From the IMG/VR virus record IMGVR_UViG_3300042351_000809: DNA of 64,000 bases; one strand, written 5' to 3'. The position numbers and the translations under genes were made by a program. The notes under the pieces are model-generated. The model was not told the DNA's origin. It did not search any database and was given only the letters and a program-made list of their open reading frames with translations. This DNA comes from a virus. Of this stretch, positions 37,670 through 50,300 are shown in pieces (the first letter of the stretch is position 1; each line of letters opens with the position of its first letter).

Positions 37670-38044
37670 TTAGTATGTTATTTCTGGATTAATTATAAAA
37701 TAACCGCCTTCAATAGTACGAGCATAATCTTCTCCCGAGAAAACTTGAACATCGTATAGTAAGTAACTGCAAGGTAAAGCCGCCATTCCTGTTCTGCCAA
37801 TGCTGATATCGATATATCCACTAACAAAGCTTTCTCCTGCGGCTCCTGATATGATTTGTGGTTTTAAGTTTAATAAAATACCAGAATTGGGCACATATAC
37901 ATCGTCATTTGTATATCCTGCCCCATAACTTGCCCTTACATAGCCAGAAGCCGTGAAGCCTGATAAGTTTATAACAACTCCATCAGAGTCACGGGCAACA
38001 AGTCTCTTATAAAAAGAGTTTCCTTGTGTACCTGTTAAATTCAT
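37670..38044 (-). CDS. Small BppU-N-like beta-sandwich virion protein; likely start 38044
   Basis: QGNSF...INLSGFTASGYVR...YDVQV...RTIEG...INPEIT pattern; the ATG at 38050 overlaps the promoter motif. Confidence 0.55.
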   Translation of the reverse strand: MNLTGTQGNSFYKRLVARDSDGVVINLSGFTASGYVRASYGAGYTNDDVYVPNSGILLNLKPQIISGAAGESFVSGYIDISIGRTGMAALPCSYLLYDVQVFSGEDYARTIEGGYFIINPEITY

Positions 38045-38046
38045 AC

Positions 38047-38058
38047 ACATTATTACAC
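38047..38058 (-). promoter_or_regulatory. Putative late promoter GTGTAATAATGT abutting a terminator
   Basis: Recurring motif immediately after the U tract. Confidence 0.65.
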
Positions 38059-38081
38059 AAAAAAAGCCCCTTTCGGGGCTT
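38059..38081 (-). terminator. Intrinsic terminator
   Basis: AAGCCCC-GAAA-GGGGCTT followed by a U tract. Confidence 0.85.
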
Positions 38082-38101
38082 GAGAAGAGATATTTTAAAA
38101 A

Positions 38102-38929
38102 TTAAGCATTATCTCCAGTTGGAACTGGTGGAGGAGGAGGTGGAGGAGTTGGCTCATTTACAGTTACGATAGCAAGATCACTCTTTACAGATCCAGCAAC
38201 ATTGCTAACTGTTACAGAGTAATTTCCAGAATCAGAGATTTGAGCATTCGTAATTTCAAAAGCACTTCCAGTGGCAGCTAGAATAATCTCACCATTTTTA
38301 TCCCATTGGAAAGCAAATGGCTGATCTCCCATAACTCCCACGTTCAAGTAGCCAACCCCACTGACCATCAAGTCAAGATTTTGAGGCTGAGATGTAATTA
38401 CTGGAGCTTGGAATAAATTCAATGAAGCGTTAGAGCTAGTAATTGAACCTGCTGGATTGTTGATCTTAACATTATAAGAACCCAAATCTCCAGTTCCAAC
38501 AGTTGGTATAGAATAAATTGAAGAAGTCGCTCCTTCGACATCTGATCCATTTTTAACCCATTGATAACTTAATGGAGAATCACCGCTTGCCACTACGGAA
38601 AATTCAGCAGCTTGTCCATCTAGAACTTTTTGATCTACTGGTTGAGAAGTAATAAATGGAGCAATAGCTTGAGTGTATCCTAAATTTTCTAATACCACAT
38701 TCTTTACATAATCATAATCGGCTGTAGCAGTTTGCTCAGGTGGCCAGTCTTGCCAGTCGTCTCCTGCAAGATTAGTAAAAGTTTTATCTAAAACTAGACC
38801 TGCTGGATTTTTCATTACAACTGAAAATCTTATTCCTTCATGAGGATCAAATGCATTAAAATCAACACAAAGTTCTGTCACATTTGCGCCAGATGGCTTT
38901 GGATAAACGGGGATAAATATTGTATTCAT
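38102..38929 (-). CDS. Protein with two immunoglobulin I-set-like domains and a poly-proline tail
   Basis: APFITSQP...LSYQWVKNG...DLGSYNVKINNPAGS and APVITSQP...FQWDKNG...DSGNYSVTVSNVAGS; ends PTPPPPPPPVP. Confidence 0.85.
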   Translation of the reverse strand: MNTIFIPVYPKPSGANVTELCVDFNAFDPHEGIRFSVVMKNPAGLVLDKTFTNLAGDDWQDWPPEQTATADYDYVKNVVLENLGYTQAIAPFITSQPVDQKVLDGQAAEFSVVASGDSPLSYQWVKNGSDVEGATSSIYSIPTVGTGDLGSYNVKINNPAGSITSSNASLNLFQAPVITSQPQNLDLMVSGVGYLNVGVMGDQPFAFQWDKNGEIILAATGSAFEITNAQISDSGNYSVTVSNVAGSVKSDLAIVTVNEPTPPPPPPPVPTGDNA

Positions 38930-38963
38930 TTTCTTATTTTAATCTAAAATTAAGTTATTCTAA

Positions 38964-38975
38964 TATTTTTTACAC
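38964..38975 (-). promoter_or_regulatory. Putative late promoter GTGTAAAAAATA
   Basis: Recurring motif in the intergenic region upstream of the Ig gene. Confidence 0.5.
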
Positions 38976-38976
38976 T

Positions 38977-41064
38977 TTATAATCCGAATCTTCCTTTTGT
39001 AGCGTTGTAATTTTGCAAAACTTCAGCAGCAGATAATGTTCTAGTGTAAATTCTTGCTGTTGCTATTTTTCCATTCCATACAGAAGTCCCTCCATCATAT
39101 CTTGAACCAATACTTACATTTGTTGTGTTATCATTAACCGCACTTGTTGGATTTACAGTAGTACTTGATAGAAGAGAGCCATTTACATATATTTTTATTG
39201 TAGAAGATCCCGCTACCCTTTCGTGAGTGCCTATTATATGATACCAAGTATTCAAGGAGAAAGAATAAGTAGCGTCTGTGTATGGACCTCCGCCAGCTCC
39301 AACGTCCATATAAACTTTAGAGTTCGCCGAATTGACTAATAAACAATACTCTTCTTGGGAATCTGATATTCCTTTCCCTATAATACCACCATAGTAACTC
39401 ATAGCAGAACTAATGAATACCCATCCTTCTAAAGACAAATTAGAAGTATTTTTAATAGAAGCGGCGCTTGGTATTGATACATAATCATTGCTGCCATCAA
39501 ATACTATATTTCCACCTGCATCAGAGTTATAAGTCGGACCATTTGTTAATGTTCCACTATTGCTATTTCCACTAACATCGTACCAAGTTGTTCCAGCCCC
39601 CGCATAACTATATGGATTACCTGCATCAAGTTCCATAACTAATCCAAATCTAACAATATTATTATCAAATCTAGCTTTGAATGCTTGATAATTTGAAGCA
39701 ACTTCACTATCACTTAATCGTCTACCGTACATTCTTAATAAATGATATTCATGTTGTCCAGCCCAAATATATCCTTGAGTTGTCGGATTTCCTTGATATG
39801 CGGCTCCAATATTTATTTGACTATAAGATACTGGTGAAGTTGTAGCGGCTACAGTAGTAGGTCCAGAAAGTAAAACACCATTTATATAAAGACGCAATAC
39901 ATCTCCAGTTCTAGTAGCAGTAATGTATATTATTTTATCTATATAACTTGAAATACTAACGCTTATACCCACAGTACTAGACTGAGTATTCCAATATTCA
40001 TAAATAATTGTATTCTGATACACACGCAATCCACTATGTCGTCCTGTCCATATAACTATGGATTGCCCATCTTGTGTCGTAAGAGTATTGTCATAGCTAT
40101 AAACGCTTCTGAATCCTTTTGCGTTAAATGCAACTTCTATTGTGTGGTCTGAATATAATAAATTTAAAATATTACTCGTTAAATTTTGACCTCCGTAAGA
40201 ACTAACCGCAAAAGGACTAGTGGTATTAAAATTAGAAACAAATGTTTTAGCATTATATCTTGGATTTGCACCATTAAAAACAAAATCAAAACCATTACCA
40301 CTCAAATCAAATACACATCTATCTGTATTAAAAATACCCCATTTTTGACCAAGATATGTGTGAACTAATCTTCTTTCTGTGGTTGTTAGAACTCTATTGA
40401 AAACAATAATTTCTGCTGCTTCACAAGCACTTGGTTCTCCACTTTGATAATTAATTCCCAGTCCTTTCGGCCCTGCTGAAGCTGCGGTGCTTCCAGTAGC
40501 CAATGCGGTTCCATTGCTATAAAAATTTGCTAAATCTGTTGAAGACCCGCTCCAATCTCCCATATACATTCTCCAAACAGTATCTGCTGGATCTGTTGCG
40601 CCATATACCCATCCTTCAGCATAATATTTATTAAATTGCGATCCCCAATGACCTAATAACCAATTATTATAATAAGCAGTTAAAACTCTATTCGTGTTTA
40701 ATGAAGACGATGTGTATCTACTAACAACAAAAACTGTATTAGCTGAAGTTTCCATAGTAAAAGATAAACTTCCTATGGTTTGTGAAGTCGTAAATGTTAA
40801 TACTTTTCTAGAATTTAAAGAAGAGCTTCTTGTTGGTCCAGCAGATATTGGAACCATATGATAATTAAATCCACTCTTATCTCTCCATTGACTTACAGTT
40901 GTACCTGAACTATAACTAAATGTAGTATCATCAGATGCGTCCATCCACATAACCAATCCGCCTTTGACTGGCAAATCTGTTGTTGGATATGATTTATTTT
41001 GTGATGCGTCTAAACACATCACTAAACTATCTGTTACTATTTTTGGAGAATATATTTTCGACAT
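38977..41064 (-). CDS. Triple LamG/concanavalin-A-like domain virion protein
   Basis: LVMCLDA, LVMWMDASD and LVMELDAGN starts; NTWYHIIGT...IYVNG...RIYTRTLSAAEVLQNYNA. Confidence 0.8.
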   Translation of the reverse strand: MSKIYSPKIVTDSLVMCLDASQNKSYPTTDLPVKGGLVMWMDASDDTTFSYSSGTTVSQWRDKSGFNYHMVPISAGPTRSSSLNSRKVLTFTTSQTIGSLSFTMETSANTVFVVSRYTSSSLNTNRVLTAYYNNWLLGHWGSQFNKYYAEGWVYGATDPADTVWRMYMGDWSGSSTDLANFYSNGTALATGSTAASAGPKGLGINYQSGEPSACEAAEIIVFNRVLTTTERRLVHTYLGQKWGIFNTDRCVFDLSGNGFDFVFNGANPRYNAKTFVSNFNTTSPFAVSSYGGQNLTSNILNLLYSDHTIEVAFNAKGFRSVYSYDNTLTTQDGQSIVIWTGRHSGLRVYQNTIIYEYWNTQSSTVGISVSISSYIDKIIYITATRTGDVLRLYINGVLLSGPTTVAATTSPVSYSQINIGAAYQGNPTTQGYIWAGQHEYHLLRMYGRRLSDSEVASNYQAFKARFDNNIVRFGLVMELDAGNPYSYAGAGTTWYDVSGNSNSGTLTNGPTYNSDAGGNIVFDGSNDYVSIPSAASIKNTSNLSLEGWVFISSAMSYYGGIIGKGISDSQEEYCLLVNSANSKVYMDVGAGGGPYTDATYSFSLNTWYHIIGTHERVAGSSTIKIYVNGSLLSSTTVNPTSAVNDNTTNVSIGSRYDGGTSVWNGKIATARIYTRTLSAAEVLQNYNATKGRFGL

Positions 41065-41067
41065 ATT

Positions 41068-42258
41068 TTATAGTCCGAATTTTGTTTTTGCTGCTTCGTA
41101 ATTTTGTGATATTTCTGTTTGACTCAAAGCTCTATTATACATTCTAAACATTGCTATTTTACCAACCCACTTTTCAGTGTTGGTTGCTGGATTTATTCCT
41201 ATTCTCGGATCTGCCGTAGCTAATGATAGTGTTGAACTATTATTAGTTGTTGATGCTACTGTGTTTATATAAACTACATATTGATTAGATGCATTTCTAA
41301 TTCCAACCACATGATACCAATTGCCTATCAAAAGGCTTGCTGTATTTGTGGTTGTAACTCTTGTAGATCCATTAAAATCTGTTAATTGAAATCCAGTTCC
41401 ACTAGCATAAACTAATCCGATAAACCCAGATACATTTGAAGATTGTGAACAATAAATTATATTATTAGTAGTAGAAGAAGACAAATTGACCCAAGCTTCG
41501 ATAGTAAATGTTCCAGTTCCAAACGCAAGACCACTAGTTGGCAAAGCTATATAATTAGTATCAAATAAAATATTTCCTTTATTAGAAACATTAGATGTAG
41601 GGCCATTTGTAAGAGTTCCATTGTTTGTATTTCCACTTAAATCGTACCAAAGTCCAATATTGCTTGTTGCACTGAAAGTGTTATTTCCAGTATCTATATT
41701 TGTCAATTCTACTTTTGGATTTCTATAATAAATTGTACCAGCGTCAGCTAGTCTTGTCGCTCCGCAAGCGCCGGGATATAAATACATGTTTAAGTTTCCA
41801 CTTGTGCTTATTGGCCCAACTGTAAAACTTCTACGTTGCCAAACATTTTGTAATGTATTTGCTATTCCAATAGATCCATTTGCGACTCCTTCAAAGTTAG
41901 CAAGATAATCTGTGCTTGGATAATTTGTAGCTCCAGTAACTAAATAATCAAAACTAAAAGTAGCATAACTTCCTGCAATTACTGGCGCAGAATTTCCGTG
42001 ATAATGACATCCATTTACTCCCAAAGTATAACTGTATACTACATCATTGGGTCTTACAGTATAGCCACCAATCACAGTTCCAGCCGCGACTCTTTGGAAA
42101 GTGCCAGTACCATTAATAGGAAAAGTAACATTTTCTGTTATTAAACCAGAACCTAAAGATTGAAATCTATTTGTGGAATAACTTTTTTTATTTCCAGCAT
42201 CTAGATTCAATATTAGTCCACTCCTAACTATTTGCGGCCCATTATTTACTGTACTCAT
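41068..42258 (-). CDS. LamG domain virion protein with inserted domain
   Basis: GLILNLDAGN...WYDLSGN...FTIEAWV...NWYHVVG...MYNRALSQTEISQNY. Confidence 0.8.
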   Translation of the reverse strand: MSTVNNGPQIVRSGLILNLDAGNKKSYSTNRFQSLGSGLITENVTFPINGTGTFQRVAAGTVIGGYTVRPNDVVYSYTLGVNGCHYHGNSAPVIAGSYATFSFDYLVTGATNYPSTDYLANFEGVANGSIGIANTLQNVWQRRSFTVGPISTSGNLNMYLYPGACGATRLADAGTIYYRNPKVELTNIDTGNNTFSATSNIGLWYDLSGNTNNGTLTNGPTSNVSNKGNILFDTNYIALPTSGLAFGTGTFTIEAWVNLSSSTTNNIIYCSQSSNVSGFIGLVYASGTGFQLTDFNGSTRVTTTNTASLLIGNWYHVVGIRNASNQYVVYINTVASTTNNSSTLSLATADPRIGINPATNTEKWVGKIAMFRMYNRALSQTEISQNYEAAKTKFGL

Positions 42259-42261
42259 ATT

Positions 42262-44013
42262 TTAGACACCATAAGTTTTGCGTGTTGCGTTGAAATTTTG
42301 TTGTATTTCTGCCACAGTCAAAGCTCTACTATAGGCTCTTGCAGTTGAAACGATTGCATTACTAGCATAATCTATACTCGCTGCACCAATATAATATGCA
42401 GATGTGTATTGTCTTAATTGCTTTGTTAATGTAGCGCTACTTTGTATGATACCATTAATATATAAATATCTCATTGAAGCTTCTACGTCTGCGACATATA
42501 CGACATGATACCATGTATTTAATGCTCCTGTGTATGTCATTCCTGTGTTCGTTGAATCGTTATACCATGTAATTATTCCAATAATATTATTACTTGCTTT
42601 ATAATGCATTATACCTTCATGATATCCTGAACGACCGAAAAGATAACCATCATATGCTCCCGGCGGAGTTCCTAATAATTTTATCCAGCATTCATATGTG
42701 TGAGTATTATTACTTAAAGAATCTAAAGTAGAATTAGATACAGGAGTGATATATGGTCCTGCCGTATTTCCATTAAAATAAAATCCGCCACTATCAAACA
42801 AAACATTAGCGCCGTTTAAATCAATATTATAGTTATTTCCGCTTATATCCAATAAACCTCCGCCGTTTGCAGCAGTATTTGCAGAACTAGTTCTACTTGT
42901 TAGAGTAAAATCTGTAGGAAATGATTTTGCTTCTAATTGAACATTTGCAATTTCAATCCAAGTACCATTAGACCCTGCGTGAGTTAAATATGGATACTGA
43001 GTACTTCCCGCATGAGTAAATTTAGCGCTATATTTATACCACCCAGTAGCAGCATCAATAGAATAAGATTTTATAGTTCCTAAATTTTGATGATTTATAT
43101 TTAGCGTTGTCGTGATATTTGATCTTGCCCAAAATGAAATTGTATAGACTACTCCATTTATAAGAGTATTCCAATTAGAGCTAAAAAAATCCATAGCGCC
43201 AGCCGCTGCCCTTGTTACTCTTAGAGGTATTGCGCTATAAGATGTACTTCCAGAAGAATAAATCACTGTTGAAGACTGAGTAACATAAGAATTTCCTGTT
43301 CCACTCCAAGATCCAAAAGTCCACCCATTCTGCGTTCCTCCAGAATCTGTTCCAGATATAGCAGAAGCAAAGTTTGCATTGTTCGTTATATTTGTGGTAT
43401 TCTCTGGTCTTGCACTTAATTCATTTGCCATAGAAGCAAATGCCTTTGCATAAGAACCAGAATTAATCATTATATCTCTTATCCAAAATGGCTCACCGGG
43501 GTATATAGCAGATGATCCACTTGTCGTTCCATTCACTACTCTTACCATTTGGATTTGAACATAATTATAACCAGTACAAGTAAAATTTTCTCTTTTAATT
43601 GTTTGCCAAGTACCAGTGCCTGTTACACTTGCCGCAAATTCTTCTCCTTGTGGATAAATTCTAAATCCAAAAGTAAAAATAGAATCTTTTGGCAATAAAA
43701 CTTTTGCAGAGAAGCTATAAACACCGGGAGGTTGAAATCCACCATTGCCAGCTATAATACCGCAAGACGCCCAAAAACCGGGCGAAAACTGATATCCTCC
43801 TGCCAATGGAACTACTTTAAGAGCAGTATATCCAGTACTTGTATCTTTTGTTATTGTTGATACCCAATAAGAAGAAGCACTTTCGCAATTAGCAGTCACT
43901 ACCCCAGCATAATTTGTAGCAGCTTCTCCTCTAAAGCTTTTCAAAAATTCACGGTTATAATATAACTGTAAATCTTTCTTTACTACTCCTCTGTTGCCGT
44001 GCTGAATGGACAT
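42262..44013 (-). CDS. LamG domain virion protein with inserted carbohydrate-binding-like domains
   Basis: YTISFWAR...WYKYS...VQLE CBM-like motif; C-terminal NTWYHVV...YSRALTVAEIQQNFNA. Confidence 0.75.
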   Translation of the reverse strand: MSIQHGNRGVVKKDLQLYYNREFLKSFRGEAATNYAGVVTANCESASSYWVSTITKDTSTGYTALKVVPLAGGYQFSPGFWASCGIIAGNGGFQPPGVYSFSAKVLLPKDSIFTFGFRIYPQGEEFAASVTGTGTWQTIKRENFTCTGYNYVQIQMVRVVNGTTSGSSAIYPGEPFWIRDIMINSGSYAKAFASMANELSARPENTTNITNNANFASAISGTDSGGTQNGWTFGSWSGTGNSYVTQSSTVIYSSGSTSYSAIPLRVTRAAAGAMDFFSSNWNTLINGVVYTISFWARSNITTTLNINHQNLGTIKSYSIDAATGWYKYSAKFTHAGSTQYPYLTHAGSNGTWIEIANVQLEAKSFPTDFTLTSRTSSANTAANGGGLLDISGNNYNIDLNGANVLFDSGGFYFNGNTAGPYITPVSNSTLDSLSNNTHTYECWIKLLGTPPGAYDGYLFGRSGYHEGIMHYKASNNIIGIITWYNDSTNTGMTYTGALNTWYHVVYVADVEASMRYLYINGIIQSSATLTKQLRQYTSAYYIGAASIDYASNAIVSTARAYSRALTVAEIQQNFNATRKTYGV

Positions 44014-44030
44014 ACTAAGTTATTATACTT

Positions 44031-44306
44031 TTAATTTGAAGGTAAGAATACTTTTCCTACGATTGAATTATTTGAAGCTTTAAATTTTTGAATTGTATCA
44101 TTTATTTGAGATTTTAATCTGTCAAATGCTAATTGACATATCTCTTCTTCGGATAACCCATTCGTTTCAGAAAACATTAAAACGCTTTCATAATTAACAT
44201 GTTTCCCAAAAGATAAATCAGTGATTAAAAATCCTATCACAATAGAATTAGGGTTTGGCACTGGGCATAACTCGTATTTGTATATTTTGTATTCAATTTC
44301 TTGCAT
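44031..44306 (-). CDS. Hypothetical protein (possible fibre-associated chaperone)
   Basis: 91-aa ORF tightly packed after the fibre gene. Confidence 0.5.
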   Translation of the reverse strand: MQEIEYKIYKYELCPVPNPNSIVIGFLITDLSFGKHVNYESVLMFSETNGLSEEEICQLAFDRLKSQINDTIQKFKASNNSIVGKVFLPSN

Positions 44307-44312
44307 AAAATT

Positions 44313-47300
44313 TTATTTGAATAATGGTATGTAAACTGTATCTGCGGGACTAAGCGCCCCAGTCTGTATTGGCATCCATCCAACGAAAGTTTTACCAGCA
44401 GTACCTCCTGCGGCTCCTGCAAGCATAGCAGATTCTACTCTCAGGACTGGATTAAGACCATCACCTTTAATATGAAGCCTTGCGGCGACGGGAGAAGCCC
44501 CAATTCCCACATTTCCATCATAATTAAAATTAACAGTATTTATCCACGCATTTGAAGAGTTGTAAGCCCAAAGAGCTAAATTTGTACCTGCGGCATTTGG
44601 TTGAAAATTGTAAGCTCTACTATTCGCTGCGTTTGCTAAATATAATGTAGAAGAGATTGAATCAGAGCCATTTTTTAGGACTCTCGCTCCAAGGTCTGCA
44701 CCTCCTACTGTTAAAGTATTTGTAACTACAAAGCTGCCATCTGTTTTAAGTTGACTTGTTGACGATCTATAAATATTAGCCGCAGAATCTGCTCCAAAAG
44801 TTATACCACTTGCAGCCGATGTTGAACCGGCACCGCCAACACCTAAGATTGTAGCTGAATTCGACAAGCCTATTCCAACGGTTCCTGCAAAGAATCTATT
44901 TCCGGGTTGATAAACTTTTATAACTTTCCATCCAGAAATACGACAAGCCCTTGTTCCAGTTCCTGCTGTGTAATTAAATAAAGCTAGAGGAGTCCAATAT
45001 TTAGTACCTGCTTTAAATTGACCAATTGTATTCGAAAATCCACCAATATATCCAGTTACTTTAATCCAGCTAGTACCGGGATTATAATTACTCATTACCC
45101 AATAACCATAAGAACCGGGATTGCCTCCTAAGTTGCCAAAATTTTGATCTAAGTCTTGACTTCCCATGTAGTGGCCTTGAGCCGTTCCTACATTTTGTAT
45201 CCAGCACTCCATGTAGAAAACATCATTAGTATCTACTGGAATATATGGGAAACCAGAACCATATGGTCCCCCAACATCAACTGAACCATTAATATAAATA
45301 CAATAACCACCGGGAGCATCAGCCACTGCCTCCCAAGTGACATTAGAATTGTTAAAATATCTTTGAAGTTCAACTTGACTCCAAGTAGGATCTATTTCAA
45401 AGACGGTTTCTCCTGCGGCATAATGTCCAACTGGATAAAGCTCAGTATTGTCAACCCTAGTATTTGTTCTTAAAATTCCCCCTCTAACATCTAATTTTTC
45501 AAATGGACTTGTAGTGGCTATTCCAACATTTCCATTGCTTGCATCAATACGCATTCTTTCAGTTGAGCCACTAGCATAGAATCTTAAATGAGCCGCAGTA
45601 GCGCCGTTACTATTATAATTAACATACATTCCATCCGTATTAACGGTAGATTCATTTCTAATAACTCTTATATTAGCGTATATATCATTAGCATTAGATG
45701 ACGTATTTAATACTGAGACTGCTCCAAACCTTAGAATATTTGCAGAAGCAATACTCATGTCTCCACCAGAAACAACCAATCGATAAGCAGGATTTGTAAT
45801 TCCAATACCTACATTGCCTAAGTTATCAATTCTTACTCTTTCTGTATGCTCAAGATCAAATGCAGAAGTATGCAATGCAATACCAACTTTTCTATTATAA
45901 CCAGCACCACCAGCAACATCTTCTTCTGAAACAGCATATATAGCAGCAGTTTTTGAATTAGTATTTGGACTATCAATACTACCATTTAATTTAATACCCC
46001 ATTTTGCATTATTATTTGAATTAGAAGCTGGAACAGCATTAAATGGAGCAGTTAATATTAAGAAATCATTAACCCTACCAGCATTCATGTATGCATTAGC
46101 AGATGCAGTATCTAATTGTATTCTAGAACCTGTAGGAGTAGTTTCTACAACATGTAATTTACTTGTAGGAGTAGATATATTTATACCAAAATTTCCACCA
46201 TTCTTTAATGTAACTTGTTGAGATCCAGATCCTGCTGCGCCGAGTATTACATCTCCACCATTTGTATGTAGACGAACATCATTTGTTCCAGCCGCTCTTC
46301 TTATTCCATGAGATTGATTGCCTAAGAAAAATCCTCCTTCTACGGAATTGCTATTTACATCAGACACAACAAAGCCTCTAACATCTAATTTTTGAGAAGG
46401 CGTTGATGCTCCAATTCCTACATCTCCAGCAGTAGTGATATTAAATCTATTTGCAACACCATTAGCATGAAATGCGAAACCTCCATTGCTACTATACAAA
46501 TTCATCGAATCTGCGCCACCCCAACTTGTACTGCTTCTATTTTTAAAGAACTGAGCATTACCATTGCTAGTGGTCCAAACTATATTTGTAAATAATGTAT
46601 TATTAGTACTACCTAAAATTAATCCAAATGCAGTTTGATTATTATAAAACCTAACTGCGTCTTGATTTGTGCCATATACATCTAATTTATATTGAGGATC
46701 TGTACTACCTATGCCAACATTACCAGCACTAGTTATGCGCATCTTTTCTGTTGGCAAAGTGTTTGTAGCATTAGTTGCAAATACCAAAGATTGACAATTA
46801 TCACCTGCGCCTCCTAAGTCTATTCTTCCTCCAATGTAAGAATAAGCATTTGAATTAGTTGTTGTGTTAGTGAACGCAAGCACAGAAGCAGTATTAAAAA
46901 CATTAGATCCAGCGGTGCTGCGCATCCTTGTAATTATATTAACTGCGGCATTTGTTCCAGCCCCAACAATATCTAATTCGTATTCAGGATTATTTGTTCC
47001 TAATCCTATCTTATTGTTAGCCAAAACAAAATCATTCGCACCATACTGACCCATTACAATTCTGTCATCTGCGAATACTTCAAGCACAGGCAAACCTGCG
47101 CTATTATTTACAGACATTAATGAATCAGACAAGTCATCAACAACTGAGAAAAGTATTCCATTTGTACCATCTGCTCTAAGAACAGTTTCGCCAGCTACTG
47201 AAGAAACCACATGAAGCTTGCCGCTCGGAACATTTGTTCCTATTCCAACATAACCTCCTTGATTGAATCTAATTGCTGATAACCAAGCATTTCCTGCGAC

Positions 47301-50300
47301 ATTTCCTACATTAATATCAATAGGATTAGTAAAAGCATTAGAGTATAGATTACTATTAAATTGAATATAATCTAAAGACCTTATGCGCCCAGCCGCTAAA
47401 AATCCACCATCTGTTCTAATAGAAGCACTTGAATCTCTATAAAGATTTGCAGAAGCATCTCCACCAAATGTTAGACCACTCGCAGCAGTTGTAGAACCAG
47501 CGTTACCAACAGACAATAAAGTAGTGGGTGTATTAGTTCCTATACCAACTAAACCAGCAGCAGTAATACGAATTCTTTCAGCGCCATTAGTTCCAATAGG
47601 CATGACGTTTGCTGCATTTAGCACCAAATTACCACCCATTCTTATTTGAGTGTTTGCGCTTGGGCCTTGGATCGTACTCTCGTCTTGAGACAAGAGAATC
47701 GCAGCTACACCAGCAGCGTTACTTTGTACAATTTGTAATCTAGCTGTAGGATTAGTAATTCCTACACCTACATAACCCACAGCATCAATAACCATCCTTG
47801 TTACTCCGCTTGTGCCAAGTGAAAGAGGCTGACCGAGTATTGTTTGTAATTTAACTTGATAGTTGGTTCCATCTCTTACAGTAGAAAACTCTCCTAAAGC
47901 AGTTCCCAATTCGCTCAATCTAAAACTTACTTTATTAGCAGCAGAAACTCCATTGCTTGCGATATTCGCTAGTATATTTTCGCCGCTATTTAAGTTAACT
48001 TGCAGTTTGTCTCCGGGATTACTTGTACCAATACCTACGTTTCTGGTGCTATTGATTACCATTGCTGGAGAAGCGGTAGGAATTCCAACGTCAATACCCG
48101 CTACATTATTACTAGTAGCTGTCCAAAACCACAACTCTCCTCCATGCCAGTTAGCGTCAACTACTTGAGAACGTCTTCTACCGGCAATTACAGCAGTAGC
48201 TTGAGAGTAGTTTGATGAATTTGACTTGCTTCCAAATACTAATGCAGGAGAAAATGTATCATTTGTATTTGAATCATTGTGAAGAATGATTCCAAGTTGT
48301 TTTGGCTGAGTAGTAGCGGTATTATCAGAGTAGCTTACAACCAATGCTCTGGTCATAGAGTTACCTTGCAATTCTCCGGGATTAAAATTTAAATATCTAG
48401 CATTTGGAATTGTTACATCTCCATTAACATGGAGCGCAAATTTAGGAGCAGTATTTGAAATACCAATATTAGCACCTGAACCTACATATAAATCAATACC
48501 TCCTATTGGATTCGTAAAGGAAATATTATTGGTTCCAATTCTCATCGCTGGACCATTATGTGTTCCAACTAGCCAAGTACTTCCTAATGAATTAAATAAA
48601 GCAGAACCTCCTAATACAGAAGCATTATTCCATCCTCCCGCAGTTGTATATGGCACATAGCTTAAACTATTTGCAGCATCACCTGCCATTAGTGATTTAT
48701 TATTATTTGCTGTTGCTCCTCCATATACTTGCAATGTCGCACCGGGATTATTTGTGCCTATGCCAACGTTTCCTATATTATTAATCCTTAATCTTTCAAC
48801 ACCGCTGGTATAAAATCTTGTATTACCATGTGTAAAACTAGCATTGTTTTTTGTTAATTGTCCTATTTCTAGAGACCCACCAGCTACACCAACAGTACCG
48901 GGAGTATAAGCTATTCCTACTTGACTATCCCAATCCCAATCTTTACTTATTAATATTGTGCTTGTGGCATTATTTCCCATCATCCACAAATTACCATCAT
49001 TGTATCCTAATAAATCAAACCCATTGTATCTTACGCGTTCATTTCCTTGCGTTAATTTAGCAACTACAGCATTAGATGTTCCAGCAGCTATTTCAAGTTT
49101 ATAACTAGGATTTGTTAATCCAATACCAACATTTCCACCGCTTGCAATATAAACAGTATTACCTCCTATATTATCAGTAAACTGAATACCATTTGCTCTA
49201 CCATATAATTGACCAGCAAAAGTATTAGTTCCACCATTAAACAAGGCAAATCCATAACCATTAGCAGGTCCAATTTGCCCAACTCCAGTAACTCTTAAAG
49301 CTCCAGCTACTTCTAATTTTACAACTGGACCTGTAGTGCCAATACCCACATTTCCATTTTCATTTGTATATATTTGTTTTGTATTTGCGGAAGTTGCAAT
49401 TTGATAAGTATAAGGCTGACTCCACGAACTTGATGATAAAACAAACTCATTAGGTGATGGACCGTTTACTGTTACAACAATATTATTAGCGTAACCAGTA
49501 CCATAACCACCATTTATAGCGCCATTAGTTTTTAAAACTAAAGATGGCGTTCCATATTGACTAGTGCTAGAATTAGATAATGCTAAAAGAGTAACGTCAT
49601 CATTACTGCAATTATAAGTGGCGCATTCTAAAAGTTTTACATTAATCCATGTTTCATTTGGTCGATAAGAAAGATGGCAACTAGCCAAAAATGTTCCTGC
49701 CCAAACGAGGTTTCCACCATTTACTGAAACTTGTATCAACTGACTAGAATAAGAAGCATTTCCTAATACTACTGTATATTGACCCCAGTTAGCATTAGTT
49801 GATTTAGAAAGAGAAGAATAATAAGCAGAATTAGAATTATAAATTAATCCTGCGACGTTAAGAGATCCATCTGTTTTAATGGTATCTTCGGCAGCGCGAT
49901 AAAGGTTTGCTTGAGGATCTGCTCCGAAAGTTATTCCACTTGCTGCGGTTGTTGAACCTGCGCCACCAACTCCAATAAGACTATCAGGACTTAACAATCC
50001 TACTCCTAAGCGACCAGCGGCAGTAAGGATCATTTTAAATGTTTGATTTGGTCTAAAGAACAAATCATTATTACCAATTGTATCAATAAATCCTTGACCA
50101 TCCCATCTGATTATTTCTCCACCAGAAATTCTAATACTTCCAGCAACATGGAGTCTATCAGAAGGATTTCTTATTCCTATACCAATGTTCCCACCAAGGG
50201 GATTTAATAATAATGGCCTTGCAGTGCTGCTAAGAGTTCTTACTTGTTGCCATATACCATAAGGAGAAGTATCATCTGATCCAAATGCTATCTGACCATT

